NCBI GenBank assembly: GCA_021108325.1
Contig: JAIORB010000027.1
Location: forward strand, 20,469-84,468
Length of the DNA: 64,000 bases
Direction: 5' to 3'
Source of the DNA: Bacteroidales bacterium
Lineage (GTDB): Bacteria > Bacteroidota > Bacteroidia > Bacteroidales > UBA12077
Under the pieces are notes generated by a model. That model had not been told where the DNA came from. It did not search any database and worked only from the letters and a program-made list of their open reading frames with translations. A program made the position numbers and the translations under genes. Of this stretch, positions 46,974 through 56,844 are shown piece by piece; position 1 is the first letter of the stretch, and each line of letters begins with the position of its first letter.

Positions 46974-49571
46974 ATGGATGTAAAAGGAATGGCGACGGAT
47001 GAAAAAACAACCAGGGTTTCGCAAGAAAAAATATCCCGAAAGCTTTCGGGACAAAGAACATATACTTTTGATGAGGCTTTTAAAAGCTCAAAAGAGTATT
47101 TTGGTGGGGATGAACTTGCTGCTCGTGTTTGGGCAAACAAATATGCATTAAAAGATTCGTATGGTAATTTATTTGAAATAAATCCAATTGAAATGCATAG
47201 AAGACTTGCAAAAGAAATTGCAAGAATTGAAAATCGCTATTCAAACCCAATGAGTGAAGAAAAAATTTATGGGCTTTTAAAAGATTTTAAATACATTATT
47301 CCTCAGGGAGGTCCAATGTCGGGTATTGGAAATAAATACCAGATTGCTTCATTATCGAATTGTTTTGTTATTGGACATAAAAATCCTGCTGATTCTTATG
47401 GTGGAATTATGAAAATAGATCAGGAACAGGTGCAATTAATGAAACGTCGTGGTGGTGTTGGCCATGATTTATCACATATACGCCCACAGGGGAGTCCCGT
47501 ATTAAATAGTGCACTTACTTCTACAGGAGTCGTTCCATTTATGGAAAGATATTCAAACTCGACTCGTGAGGTTGCTCAGGATGGACGAAGAGGAGCACTT
47601 ATGCTTAGTATTTCAAGTAAACATCCTGATGCAGAAAAATTTATTGATGCAAAACTTGAAACAGGAAAAGTTACCGGTGCAAATATTTCTGTACGAATTG
47701 ATAATGAATTTATGCAGTCGGTAGTAGAAAAGAAACCATATACTCAGCAGTATCCAGTTGAGTCAACAGAGCCAACTTTTAAACAAACTACTGATGCCGG
47801 GAAAATATGGAAAAAAATCGTACATAATGCATGGAAATCTGCAGAGCCGGGTATTTTATTTTGGGATACAATAATAAATGAATCAGTAGCAGATTGTTAT
47901 GCGGACTTGGGATATAAAACAGTTTCTACAAATCCTTGTGGCGAAATTCCTCTTTGCCCTTACGATAGTTGTAGATTATTAGCAGTTAACTTATATAGCT
48001 ATGTGGAAAATCCATTTACTACGGATGCAAAATTTAATTTTGAACTATTCAAAGAACATGTGGGTTATGCCCAAAGAATAATGGATGATATTATTGATCT
48101 TGAGTTAGAAAAAATTGATGCTATTTTAAGTAAAATCGAACGCGATCCTGAAGATTATGAATTTAAAATGGTTGAAGATAAGCTTTGGAGAAATATTCGA
48201 ACAAAAGCTGTAGAAGGAAGAAGAACAGGTGTAGGTATTACAGCCGAAGGTGATATGTTGGCTGCTTTGGGTTTGCGTTATGGAAGTGAAATTGCTGTTG
48301 ATTTTTCAGAAGAAGTTCATAAAACAATAGCTTTAGCGGCATATCGTTCGTCTGTTGATATGGCTAAAGAGCGTGGAGTTTTTGAGATATATGATGTTCA
48401 GAAAGAAAAGGATAATCCTTTTATTTTAAGATTAAAAGAACAAGATGAGCAACTATATGCTGATATGGTTCAGTACGGAAGAAGAAACATTGCTTTATTA
48501 ACTATTGCACCAACAGGTACTACAAGTTTGATGACTCAAACTACATCTGGTATTGAGCCAGTATTCATGCCTGTGTATAAGCGAAGAAGAAAAGTTAATC
48601 CAAACGATTCGGATACAACAGTTTCATTTATCGATGAATTAGGAGATTCATGGGAAGAATATAATGTATTTCACCACAAGTTTATAGATTGGTTAAATAT
48701 TAATGGTTACAAGCCCGAAGAAATAAAAACCATGTCTGATGATGAGATTGAAGCAATTATCGAAAAAACTCCATATTATAAAGCAACATCAAATGATGTT
48801 GATTGGGTTAGTAAAGTGAAAATGCAAGGCAGAATACAAAAGTGGGTTGATCATTCAATTAGTGTAACTATTAATTTGCCGGAAGATGCTACGGAAGAGC
48901 TGGTAGGACAACTATATGTCACAGCTTGGGAGAATGGATGTAAAGGAGTCACTGTTTACAGAGAAGGTTCCCGGACGGGAGTTTTAGTTTCAAATAAAAA
49001 AGGAAAGAAAGCAGGAGAGCAATCTACTAATAGACGTCCAAAAGTATTAAAGGCAGAAATAATTCGATTTAATAATAATGACGAAAAATGGATTGCTTTT
49101 GTTGGTATAAAGGATGACAGTCCATACGAAATTTTTACAGGATTGGCCGATAAAGAGATGTTTCCGATTCCGGAATCAATAAAAAAAGGAGAAATCATAA
49201 AAGTTAAAGATAGAGAAGGTAAGAGTCGTTATGATTTCCAATACATAGACAAATATGGTTATGAAAATACTATGGGAGGATTATCTCATATGTTTCAAAA
49301 AGAATTTTGGAATTATGCTAAATTAATTTCCGGAGTATTACGTCACGGAATGCCTATTCCTTATGTTGTTAATTTGGTTCAGTCATTAAGATTAGATAGC
49401 GAAACGATAAATACCTGGAAAAATGGTGTTGAACGTGCATTAAAAAGATACATTCCTGACGGAACAAAACCAAAAATGGGAACAAAATGCCAGGAATGTG
49501 GATCAGAAAGCGTTGTATATCAAGAAGGATGTTTAATTTGTCAGGATTGTGGACATTCAAAATGTGGATAA
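46974..49571 (+). CDS. nrdJ: adenosylcobalamin-dependent (class II) ribonucleotide reductase
   Basis: YTFDEAF..YFGGDELAARVWANKYALKD N-terminus, active-site STNPCGEIPL, and C-terminal zinc ribbon CQECGS..CLICQDCGHSKCG. Carries about 25 extra N-terminal codons that include a palindromic repeat. Confidence 0.85.
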   Translation: MDVKGMATDEKTTRVSQEKISRKLSGQRTYTFDEAFKSSKEYFGGDELAARVWANKYALKDSYGNLFEINPIEMHRRLAKEIARIENRYSNPMSEEKIYGLLKDFKYIIPQGGPMSGIGNKYQIASLSNCFVIGHKNPADSYGGIMKIDQEQVQLMKRRGGVGHDLSHIRPQGSPVLNSALTSTGVVPFMERYSNSTREVAQDGRRGALMLSISSKHPDAEKFIDAKLETGKVTGANISVRIDNEFMQSVVEKKPYTQQYPVESTEPTFKQTTDAGKIWKKIVHNAWKSAEPGILFWDTIINESVADCYADLGYKTVSTNPCGEIPLCPYDSCRLLAVNLYSYVENPFTTDAKFNFELFKEHVGYAQRIMDDIIDLELEKIDAILSKIERDPEDYEFKMVEDKLWRNIRTKAVEGRRTGVGITAEGDMLAALGLRYGSEIAVDFSEEVHKTIALAAYRSSVDMAKERGVFEIYDVQKEKDNPFILRLKEQDEQLYADMVQYGRRNIALLTIAPTGTTSLMTQTTSGIEPVFMPVYKRRRKVNPNDSDTTVSFIDELGDSWEEYNVFHHKFIDWLNINGYKPEEIKTMSDDEIEAIIEKTPYYKATSNDVDWVSKVKMQGRIQKWVDHSISVTINLPEDATEELVGQLYVTAWENGCKGVTVYREGSRTGVLVSNKKGKKAGEQSTNRRPKVLKAEIIRFNNNDEKWIAFVGIKDDSPYEIFTGLADKEMFPIPESIKKGEIIKVKDREGKSRYDFQYIDKYGYENTMGGLSHMFQKEFWNYAKLISGVLRHGMPIPYVVNLVQSLRLDSETINTWKNGVERALKRYIPDGTKPKMGTKCQECGSESVVYQEGCLICQDCGHSKCG
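47034..47051. repeat. perfect 18-nt palindrome tcccgaaagctttcggga inside the nrdJ 5' coding region
   Basis: Same family as the intergenic ccgaaagttttcgg copies at 23611 and 46514. It translates to SRKLSG on both strands (compare track ORFs 46974+ and 46839-47054 minus). Confidence 0.75.
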
Positions 49572-49620
49572 AAGTTTACTGTTAGTATTTATAATGAGAG
49601 CCTAAACAGGCTGGATTAAT

Positions 49621-49647
49621 AAAAACCCGGGTTTAACCCGGGTTTTT
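49621..49647 (+). terminator. rho-independent terminator of nrdJ
   Basis: aaaaacccggg-tttaa-cccgggttttt: perfect 11-bp arms including the A/T tracts. Confidence 0.8.
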
Positions 49648-49755
49648 CGTTTTAGAAAAGACTAAGTGTTGTAAAAGATAATTTTGAATTTCATAAAGAA
49701 GCTTTTATACCTTATTTTTGCTTTATAAATTCATCAATAATAAAATTAATATATT

Positions 49756-50790
49756 ATGGCAAATAAAATGAAAGCTCTTGTAAAATCTAAACCTGAAAAA
49801 GGTTTGTGGATGGAAGAGGTTGATATCCCTGAAGTTGGAGTTAACGATATTCTTATTAAAGTTAAAAAATCAGCTATTTGCGGAACTGATTTGCATATAT
49901 ACCGCTGGGATGAGTGGTCGCAAAATACAATTAAAACACCTATGACTATTGGCCATGAATATGTTGGAACAGTGGCTGAAATGGGTGTGGGAGTTACGGG
50001 ATTTGAAGTTGGCGAAAGAATTACAGGCGAAGGACATATAGCATGTGGTCATTGTAGAAATTGTCGTCGCGGACGTAAACATGTCTGTGAAAATACTGTT
50101 GGAATAGGTGTTAACAAAAATGGCTCATTTGCAGAATATGTTGTTGTTCCTGCATCTAATGTTATGAAAATGAATCCGGCTATTCCTGATGAAATGTTAG
50201 CTATCATGGATCCGTTTGGAAATGCTACACATACAGCTCTTTCATGGTCGTTGATAGGAGAAGATGTACTGGTTACGGGTGCCGGCTTAATTGGTAGCAT
50301 GTGTGTTGCTATAGCTAAATTTGCAGGAGCACGCTATGTTGTTGCAACAGAGACTAATGAATATAGAATAGAACTTGCAAAAAAAATGGGTGCTACAAGA
50401 GTAGTTAATCCATTGAAAGAAAATCTTGGTGATGTTGTAAAAGAACTTGGGATGGTTGGTTTTGATATTGGACTGGAATGTTCGGGTTCGCCACATGCAT
50501 TTAACGATATGCTGGATCATATGTATAACTCCGGTAAAATATCATTGCTGGGAATACTGCCTCCAAAAACAGGAATTAATTGGGATAAAGTAATTTTTAA
50601 AGGACTTACTTTAAAAGGAATTTATGGTAGAGAAATGTTTGAGACATGGTATCAGATGGAACAAATGTTACATTCCGGATTAGACTTAAGCCCAATGATT
50701 ACGCATCAATTCCCAATTAATGAATTTGAAAAGGGATTTGAAATTATGGATGAAGGAAATTGCGGTAAAGTTATTTTGAACTGGGAGTAA
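49756..50790 (+). CDS. tdh: L-threonine 3-dehydrogenase (zinc-dependent)
   Basis: [44 protein letters not shown], and structural zinc cluster [15 protein letters not shown]. Confidence 0.85.
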   Translation: MANKMKALVKSKPEKGLWMEEVDIPEVGVNDILIKVKKSAICGTDLHIYRWDEWSQNTIKTPMTIGHEYVGTVAEMGVGVTGFEVGERITGEGHIACGHCRNCRRGRKHVCENTVGIGVNKNGSFAEYVVVPASNVMKMNPAIPDEMLAIMDPFGNATHTALSWSLIGEDVLVTGAGLIGSMCVAIAKFAGARYVVATETNEYRIELAKKMGATRVVNPLKENLGDVVKELGMVGFDIGLECSGSPHAFNDMLDHMYNSGKISLLGILPPKTGINWDKVIFKGLTLKGIYGREMFETWYQMEQMLHSGLDLSPMITHQFPINEFEKGFEIMDEGNCGKVILNWE

Positions 50791-50802
50791 AATATTATTA
50801 TC

Positions 50803-52338
50803 ATGAATAACAGAAAAGTAAGAGTACGTTTTGCGCCAAGCCCTACAGGGCCACTACATATGGGAGGAGTCAGAACAGCATTATTTAATTATCTTTTTGC
50901 AAAGAAAAATAATGGACGATTTATTCTAAGAATAGAAGATACAGATCAAACCAGGTATGTGGATGGAGCTGAAGATTATATCGTAGAGTCGTTGAGGTGG
51001 TGTGGAATTGAAATAGATGAAGGTATAGAAGAAGGAGGTGCTTATGGTCCGTATCGTCAGTCAGACAGAAAAGAAATATATAAGGAGTTTGCAGAAAGGT
51101 TGGTAAATTCAGAAAATGCATATTATTCGTTTGATACTGCCGAAGAATTAGAAGTAATGCGTGAAAAACTGAAAGCAGAGAAAAGTAGTGTTCAACAATA
51201 TAATGCTATTACCAGAAGCAATATGAAAAACTCTCTTACTTTATCCGAAGACGAAACAAATAAACTTCTGGATGATGGAGCCCCTTTTGTAATAAGGTTT
51301 AAAATGACTGAAAATGAGGAGGTAATCGTTGAAGATCTTATTCGGGGAACTGTTAAAGTAAACACTGATCAATTAGATGATAAAGTCCTTTTTAAATCGG
51401 ATGGGATGCCAACATATCATTTGGCTAATATTGTTGACGATCATTTAATGAAAATTTCACATGTAATCAGGGGTGAGGAGTGGCTTCCTTCATTGCCATT
51501 GCATGTTATGTTGTATAGAGCATTTGGTTGGGAAGAAACGATGCCTGATTTTGCTCATCTTCCACTATTGTTAAAACCCAGTGGTAAAGGAAAGTTAAGT
51601 AAGCGAGATGGTGATGCATTAGGTTTTCCTGTGTTTCCGCTTGAATGGACTGATCCTAAAACAGATGAAGTTTCAAGAGGTTATCGTGAAGATGGATATT
51701 TCCCCGAAGCTTTTGTTAATATGTTAGCATTATTAGGTTGGAATCCGGGAACGGAAAAAGAAATTATTTCAATGAGAGAGCTTATTTCTTCTTTTGATTT
51801 ATATAAAGTGCATAAAGCCGGAGCTAAATTTGATCATGAGAAAGCCAAGTGGTTTAACCATAAATATCTTGTTGGAAAATCAGATGAGAAATTGGCAAGA
51901 GCATATCAGCTTATTTTAAGAGAAAAAGGAGTTAATGTTGATGATAGTTTTGTAATTAAAGTTGTAAAGTTGATTAAAGAGCGAGCTAACTTTGTATTTG
52001 AATTTTGGGATCAGTCTTTTTTCTTGTTTCAGGCTCCAAATGAATATGACCAGAAAGTTGTTAAGAAACGCTGGAAAGAAAACACTCCTGGATTACTATC
52101 GGAATTAAAAGAGCAATTAGAGAAGCTGGAAACTTTTGATCATGAAAGTATGGAAAAAGAAATTCAGGATTTTCTCGAAGGAAAAGAAATTGGAATGGGA
52201 CAAATAATGAATCCATTCAGATTAACATTGGTAGGTGCCGGAATTGGCCCGGGAGTATTTGAAATTGCTGAATTATTAGGTAAAGAAGAAACCTTAAAAA
52301 GATTGCAAGCTGGTATAATTAATATAAAAAGGGAGTAA
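50803..52338 (+). CDS. gltX: glutamate--tRNA ligase
   Basis: RVRFAPSPTGPLHMGG (HIGH) and KLSKR (KMSKS); 511 aa. Confidence 0.9.
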   Translation: MNNRKVRVRFAPSPTGPLHMGGVRTALFNYLFAKKNNGRFILRIEDTDQTRYVDGAEDYIVESLRWCGIEIDEGIEEGGAYGPYRQSDRKEIYKEFAERLVNSENAYYSFDTAEELEVMREKLKAEKSSVQQYNAITRSNMKNSLTLSEDETNKLLDDGAPFVIRFKMTENEEVIVEDLIRGTVKVNTDQLDDKVLFKSDGMPTYHLANIVDDHLMKISHVIRGEEWLPSLPLHVMLYRAFGWEETMPDFAHLPLLLKPSGKGKLSKRDGDALGFPVFPLEWTDPKTDEVSRGYREDGYFPEAFVNMLALLGWNPGTEKEIISMRELISSFDLYKVHKAGAKFDHEKAKWFNHKYLVGKSDEKLARAYQLILREKGVNVDDSFVIKVVKLIKERANFVFEFWDQSFFLFQAPNEYDQKVVKKRWKENTPGLLSELKEQLEKLETFDHESMEKEIQDFLEGKEIGMGQIMNPFRLTLVGAGIGPGVFEIAELLGKEETLKRLQAGIINIKRE

Positions 52339-52604
52339 TACAATACTTAAAGTGAACTAAAGTTTAAAGCCTGCCTGACGGCAGTCAGGTTCTGAGTTTT
52401 TAGTTCAAAGTTTGTTAAATGGTTTACTAGGTTACTTGTATTTTTTACTTAAAAACATAAGTTAGACTAATGCCGTATCAAAGGAGTTTTCGTAAAATTC
52501 GAAATATAATTTATGTGGGATTGTACTAAAGCATCCCTAAGTTTCGAGCTATAAATTATAAATGGAATACTAAACCATTCATCGAAACGACTTGGGATGC
52601 GCAG

Positions 52605-52682
52605 GAAGATAAATTTCATGTAGAATTTAGAAAATTCATTTGTGACGGTGAGTTCACCGCCTTTCGGCAGTTCATGTTACTT
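52605..52682 (+). repeat. approx. 78-nt repeat, copy 1 (inverted partner at 58807-58884)
   Basis: The 35-nt core tgtgacggtgagttcaccgcctttcggcagttcat (52641-52675) matches the reverse complement of 58814-58848 with one mismatch. It contains hairpin cggtga-gt-tcaccg. Confidence 0.75.
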
Positions 52683-52800
52683 TTTTGTGTAGGAGACAAA
52701 AAAGTATATAATATAAATACTCGTAACGAAAATAAGTACTTAGGAATCCCAAACTTTAGGTACTGAGTAGTAAAAAAAGAATAAAATTATATGATGTATA

Positions 52801-53478
52801 ATGAATTTTTCTGAAAATGTGTTTTTGAATTTTCATGCACATCAGCAGATGCCAGCTGAAAATGAAATTGTTATACAAAGTTTATTTTTACAAAATGATC
52901 TTATCACTAAAAATAGTGATAAGATTTTTTTTACAGCAGGTTTACATCCCTGGCATGCTGATCAATTATCGGAAAGCAAAATTATAGAGCGTTTAGAGAC
53001 GTTATTACAAAATAAATCAATAATTGCTATTGGAGAAACTGGTTTGGATAAATTAAAGGGGGTGGATTGGGAAACTCAAAAAAAAGTTTTTAGAGCTCAT
53101 ATTGAGATTGCTGATAAATACAATTTACCTTTAATAGTACATTCAGTTAAGGCACATAATGAAGTTTTAAAGTTGAAAATTGAATCAAAATCTAAAATTC
53201 CCTGGGTAATACATCATTTTAACGGGAGTAAGCAAATGGCAATGGATTTTATTAATCATGGATTTTATTTATCGCTATGTAATCATATAAATAATTCCGG
53301 TTCAAAATTAAGTGGCTATCTTGGTGAATTACCTGTCAATAGAATTTTTCTTGAAACAGATGATTTTAATATTGATATTAAGGATTTATATTCTGTAGCA
53401 GCAAAAAAGTTTAATATGAATATTGAGAATTTTAAAAAACAATTAATTAATAATCTTAATAGTTTATTGAATGGGTAG
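52801..53478 (+). CDS. TatD-family metal-dependent hydrolase (short form)
   Basis: NFHAH, AIGETGLD, PLIVHSV, IHHF and LETDD motifs in TatD order; 225 aa. Confidence 0.65.
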   Translation: MNFSENVFLNFHAHQQMPAENEIVIQSLFLQNDLITKNSDKIFFTAGLHPWHADQLSESKIIERLETLLQNKSIIAIGETGLDKLKGVDWETQKKVFRAHIEIADKYNLPLIVHSVKAHNEVLKLKIESKSKIPWVIHHFNGSKQMAMDFINHGFYLSLCNHINNSGSKLSGYLGELPVNRIFLETDDFNIDIKDLYSVAAKKFNMNIENFKKQLINNLNSLLNG

Positions 53479-54193
53479 TGAATACTGGCAAGAGCGAACA
53501 GAATTGTTAATTGGAAAAGACAAAGTTAAGATACTTAAAAATTCTCATGTTCTGGTTGTTGGATTAGGTGGTGTAGGGGCTTATGCTGCAGAAAGCCTTT
53601 GCCGTGCAGGAATTGGAGAACTTACCATTGTTGATGGCGATTTTTTACATCTCTCTAATAAAAACAGGCAGCTTGTAGCTTTAGAAAGTACAATGAATAA
53701 ACCTAAAGCCGAAGTTGTTGGTAAAAGACTTCTTGATATAAATCCTAAGTTAAAGCTAAATATTATTCAGGAATATATTAAAGATGATCGAATGATTAAG
53801 ATTTTAGATAAACCATTCGATTATGTTGTTGATGCAATTGATACCTTATCTCCCAAAGTTTTATTAATATATCATAGTTTACAAAAGGGTTTAAAGATTG
53901 TTAGCTCGTTAGGGGCTGGGGGGCGTTTGGATCCAACAAAAGTAACTATTAAAGATATTTCAAAATCATATAATTGCCGATTAGGATTATTTTTAAGAAA
54001 ACGATTACGAAAACTAGGGATATCAAAAGGATTTAAAGTAGTTTTTTCTGAAGATAAAGCCGATGGAAATGCGGTAATAGTTGATGAGCCAGGAGAAAAT
54101 AAAAAATCTACTGTTGGAACAATATCTTATATGCCACCAATTTATGGCTGCTTTTGTGCATCTGTTGTTATTAGGGATTTAATCGAGAAGTAA
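53471..54193 (+). CDS. tcdA: tRNA threonylcarbamoyladenosine dehydratase (ThiF/E1-like)
   Basis: VVGLGGVGAYAAESLCRAGIGELTIVDGD Rossmann motif; 240 aa; 8-nt overlap with the upstream gene. Confidence 0.75.
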   Translation: MGSEYWQERTELLIGKDKVKILKNSHVLVVGLGGVGAYAAESLCRAGIGELTIVDGDFLHLSNKNRQLVALESTMNKPKAEVVGKRLLDINPKLKLNIIQEYIKDDRMIKILDKPFDYVVDAIDTLSPKVLLIYHSLQKGLKIVSSLGAGGRLDPTKVTIKDISKSYNCRLGLFLRKRLRKLGISKGFKVVFSEDKADGNAVIVDEPGENKKSTVGTISYMPPIYGCFCASVVIRDLIEK

Positions 54194-54209
54194 TTACTTA
54201 TTAATCAAG

Positions 54210-54239
54210 CTTTTCCAAAGTTTTAAAACTTTGGAAAAG
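54210..54239. terminator. perfect 30-nt palindromic bidirectional terminator
   Basis: cttttccaaagtttt / aaaactttggaaaag between convergent tcdA and glnS. Sequence twin of 18164-18196. Confidence 0.65.
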
Positions 54240-54251
54240 ATATTGTAAATG

Positions 54252-55958
54252 TTAGTTATTTTTTTTACTCCAGGAATCCCGTAAAGGAACAGTTCTGTTG
54301 AAAACCATGTTGTCTGGTTTTGAGTCTCTTCTGTCCACACAGAAATAGCCTAATCGTTGGAATTGATATTTTGATTCCGGTTCAGTATCTTTCAAGCTAG
54401 GTTCTAATTTGCATCCATTAAGAACTTTTAAAGAATCAGAGTTAATAAATTCTTTAAAATCTTTTTCTTTATGTCCTGCAGGATCTTCATCATTAAATAA
54501 ACGATCATATAATCGAACTTTAGCATCAATAGCATGCTTAGAAGAAACCCAATGTAATGTACCTTTAACTTTACGTTTGCTAGCTTCAGAGCCACTGCCA
54601 CTTTTCGAATCAGGATCGTAAGTACAACGAAGTTCAGTAATGTTACCCTTATCATCTTTAATTACTTCTTCGCACTTAATAATATATGCTGCTTTTAAGC
54701 GAACTTCTTTGTCAGGTGCTAAACGGAAAAATTTCTTAGGAGCATCTTCCATAAAATCATCCTGTTCAATAAAAATCTCACGTGAAAATGGCATCTCGCG
54801 AGTTCCCATGCTTTCATCTTCCGGATTATTTTCAATTCTAAGCCATTCTTCTTTATCCTCAGGATAATTAGTAATAACTATCTTTAATGGATTTAAAACA
54901 GCCATAACACGTGGAGCTATTTTATTTAAATCATCGCGTAAGCTATGTTCCAATAAAGCTACATCAATTACATTATCGCGTTTAGCAACTCCTATTGTAT
55001 CGGCAAACTTTCTGATTGATGCTGGAGTAAACCCTCTTCTTCTAAGCCCGGAAATTGTTGGCATTCGTGGATCATCCCAACCAGATACCAGATTCTCTTG
55101 AACCAACTCAAGAAGTTTTCGCTTACTCATTATCGTATAACTTAAATTTAAACGAGCGAATTCAATCTGTCGTGGCCTAATAGTGCCTTCAGTATATAGA
55201 TGATTTAGTAACCAATCGTATAATGGGCGATGTACTTCAAACTCCAAAGTACAAACCGAATGAGTTATACTTTCAATATAATCAGACTGCCCGTGTGCAA
55301 AATCATACATCGGGTATATACACCATTTATTTCCCGAACGATGATGTTCCTTATGTAATATCCTGTAAATTATAGGATCACGCATGTGCATATTTGGTGA
55401 TACCATATCAATTTTTGCTCTTAAAACCCGTTTGCCGTTTTTAAATTCTCCATTTTTCATTCGGGTGAAAAGATCTAGATTTTCTTCAACGGAACGGTTT
55501 CTGTATGGACTTTCAATTCCTGCTTGTGTGGGTGTTCCTTTTTGTTTGCTGATTTCTTCAGAAGCCTGATCATCAACGTATGCGAATCCGGTGTTGACTA
55601 ACTTTAAGGCCCATTCGTACAATTGATCAAAATAATCTGAAGTGAACCTGGCTTCGCCCTCCCAGTTAAATCCGAGCCAATTAACATCTTCTTTTATTGA
55701 TTCAACGTATTCAACTTCTTCTTTTTCAGGATTGGTATCATCAAATCGCAGGTTTGTTTTTCCATTGTATTTTTGAGCAAGACCGAAATTTAAACAGATT
55801 GATTTTGCATGGCCAATATGTAAATATCCGTTTGGTTCAGGAGGGAAACGGGTACATACCACGCTATTGTTTTTGTTGTTTTTTAAATCTTCTTCAATAA
55901 TACTTTCAATAAAGTTTAAAGATTTTCTTCCTTCTGTTTCTTTGTTTTCAGCGTTCAT
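54252..55958 (-). CDS. glnS: glutamine--tRNA ligase
   Basis: [17 protein letters not shown] (HIGH) and IMSKRKL (KMSKS); 568 aa. Confidence 0.9.
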   Translation of the reverse strand: MNAENKETEGRKSLNFIESIIEEDLKNNKNNSVVCTRFPPEPNGYLHIGHAKSICLNFGLAQKYNGKTNLRFDDTNPEKEEVEYVESIKEDVNWLGFNWEGEARFTSDYFDQLYEWALKLVNTGFAYVDDQASEEISKQKGTPTQAGIESPYRNRSVEENLDLFTRMKNGEFKNGKRVLRAKIDMVSPNMHMRDPIIYRILHKEHHRSGNKWCIYPMYDFAHGQSDYIESITHSVCTLEFEVHRPLYDWLLNHLYTEGTIRPRQIEFARLNLSYTIMSKRKLLELVQENLVSGWDDPRMPTISGLRRRGFTPASIRKFADTIGVAKRDNVIDVALLEHSLRDDLNKIAPRVMAVLNPLKIVITNYPEDKEEWLRIENNPEDESMGTREMPFSREIFIEQDDFMEDAPKKFFRLAPDKEVRLKAAYIIKCEEVIKDDKGNITELRCTYDPDSKSGSGSEASKRKVKGTLHWVSSKHAIDAKVRLYDRLFNDEDPAGHKEKDFKEFINSDSLKVLNGCKLEPSLKDTEPESKYQFQRLGYFCVDRRDSKPDNMVFNRTVPLRDSWSKKNN

Positions 55959-56072
55959 CTAGAATCAATTTATAATTTCGGTCGTTATTTTTTTGAACTT
56001 ACAAAAGTACAGGATTTTATCCAATGCTGTATATATTGTATTAAAAAATATGTAAAACTGATTTTATAAACT

Positions 56073-56080
56073 TAAATTTG
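56073..56080 (+). promoter_or_regulatory. candidate -7 promoter box (TAAATTTG)
   Basis: TAnnTTTG match 24 nt upstream of ATG 56105. Confidence 0.4.
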
Positions 56081-56104
56081 AAATGAATTAATATTTTGAA
56101 ACGA

Positions 56105-56455
56105 ATGGGACTGATAAAGATTGAAAATATGGAGTTTTACGCGTATCATGGGCATTTTAAAGAAGAACAGATTGTAGGAAACCGTTTTCTTGTAGATTTA
56201 GAGATTGAAACAGACATGCAGGTTCCTGCAAAATCAGATGATCTGGATGACGCATTAAATTATCAGGTGGCATATAGTATTGTTAAGGAAGAGATGCAAA
56301 TAAAATCGCATCTGTTAGAACATATTGCCGGTCGAATATTAGATTCTTTATACCATAATTTTAGTACTATTAAAAAAGCCACGGTTAAAGTTTCTAAAAT
56401 GAATCCACCTATGGGAGGTAAGATGGATTGTGTTAGCGTAACTCTTAGCCGCTAG
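56105..56455 (+). CDS. folB: dihydroneopterin aldolase
   Basis: IENMEFYAYHGHFKEEQIVGNRF ... NYQ ... KMNPP pattern of FolB; about 116 aa from ATG 56105. Confidence 0.8.
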   Translation: MGLIKIENMEFYAYHGHFKEEQIVGNRFLVDLEIETDMQVPAKSDDLDDALNYQVAYSIVKEEMQIKSHLLEHIAGRILDSLYHNFSTIKKATVKVSKMNPPMGGKMDCVSVTLSR

Positions 56456-56587
56456 AATTTGGTTGTTAGCTTTTGGCTAAAAGCTAAGAGCTAATTGCTA
56501 AAAGCTTTCTAAACAAGGCAAAACAGTGAAAAAATAACTGAAAGGCAGAAAAAAAGATAATTAAGTTAAAGTTTGTAGATTTTTTTC

Positions 56588-56595
56588 TATTTTTG
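56588..56595 (+). promoter_or_regulatory. candidate -7 promoter box (TATTTTTG) for tRNA-Cys
   Basis: TAnnTTTG match 16 nt upstream of the tRNA 5' end. Confidence 0.4.
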
Positions 56596-56611
56596 CTGTC
56601 CAAATAAAAAC

Positions 56612-56682
56612 GGTCGCGTGGCCGAGTGGCTAGGCAGCGGTCTGCAAAACCGTCTACGGCGGTTCGAATCCGCCCGCGACCT
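56612..56682 (+). tRNA. tRNA-Cys (anticodon GCA)
   Basis: Manual cloverleaf: acceptor GGTCGCG/CGCGACC; anticodon stem GCGGT/ACCGT with loop CTGCAAA; T arm GGCGG-TTCGAAT-CCGCC. The discriminator is T, as expected for tRNA-Cys. CCA is not encoded. Confidence 0.9.
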
Positions 56683-56700
56683 CAATTAGAAACTATAAAG

Positions 56701-56736
56701 CGCAGAAAATAAAGATGTATTTTCTGCGTTTTTTTA
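56701..56736 (+). terminator. rho-independent terminator after tRNA-Cys
   Basis: cgcagaaaat (56701-56710) / attttctgcg (56719-56728) followed by a T run. Confidence 0.8.
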
Positions 56737-56844
56737 TTTTGAAAGCAATTTATGCGGATTGAAAATGAAATTGTTTATATATATTTAATGTATTAAATTA
56801 CATCATTGAAATAATAAAAAGGTTTTATCTAAAAATTAAATGAA

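Noticed and set aside
56466-56510. gctaaaagct-type palindromes after folB as a regulatory element for tRNA-Cys
   Set aside because: Most simply this is the folB terminator region (stem tagctttt/aaaagcta). No U-run and no second copy were seen, so it is not reported as a distinct finding.
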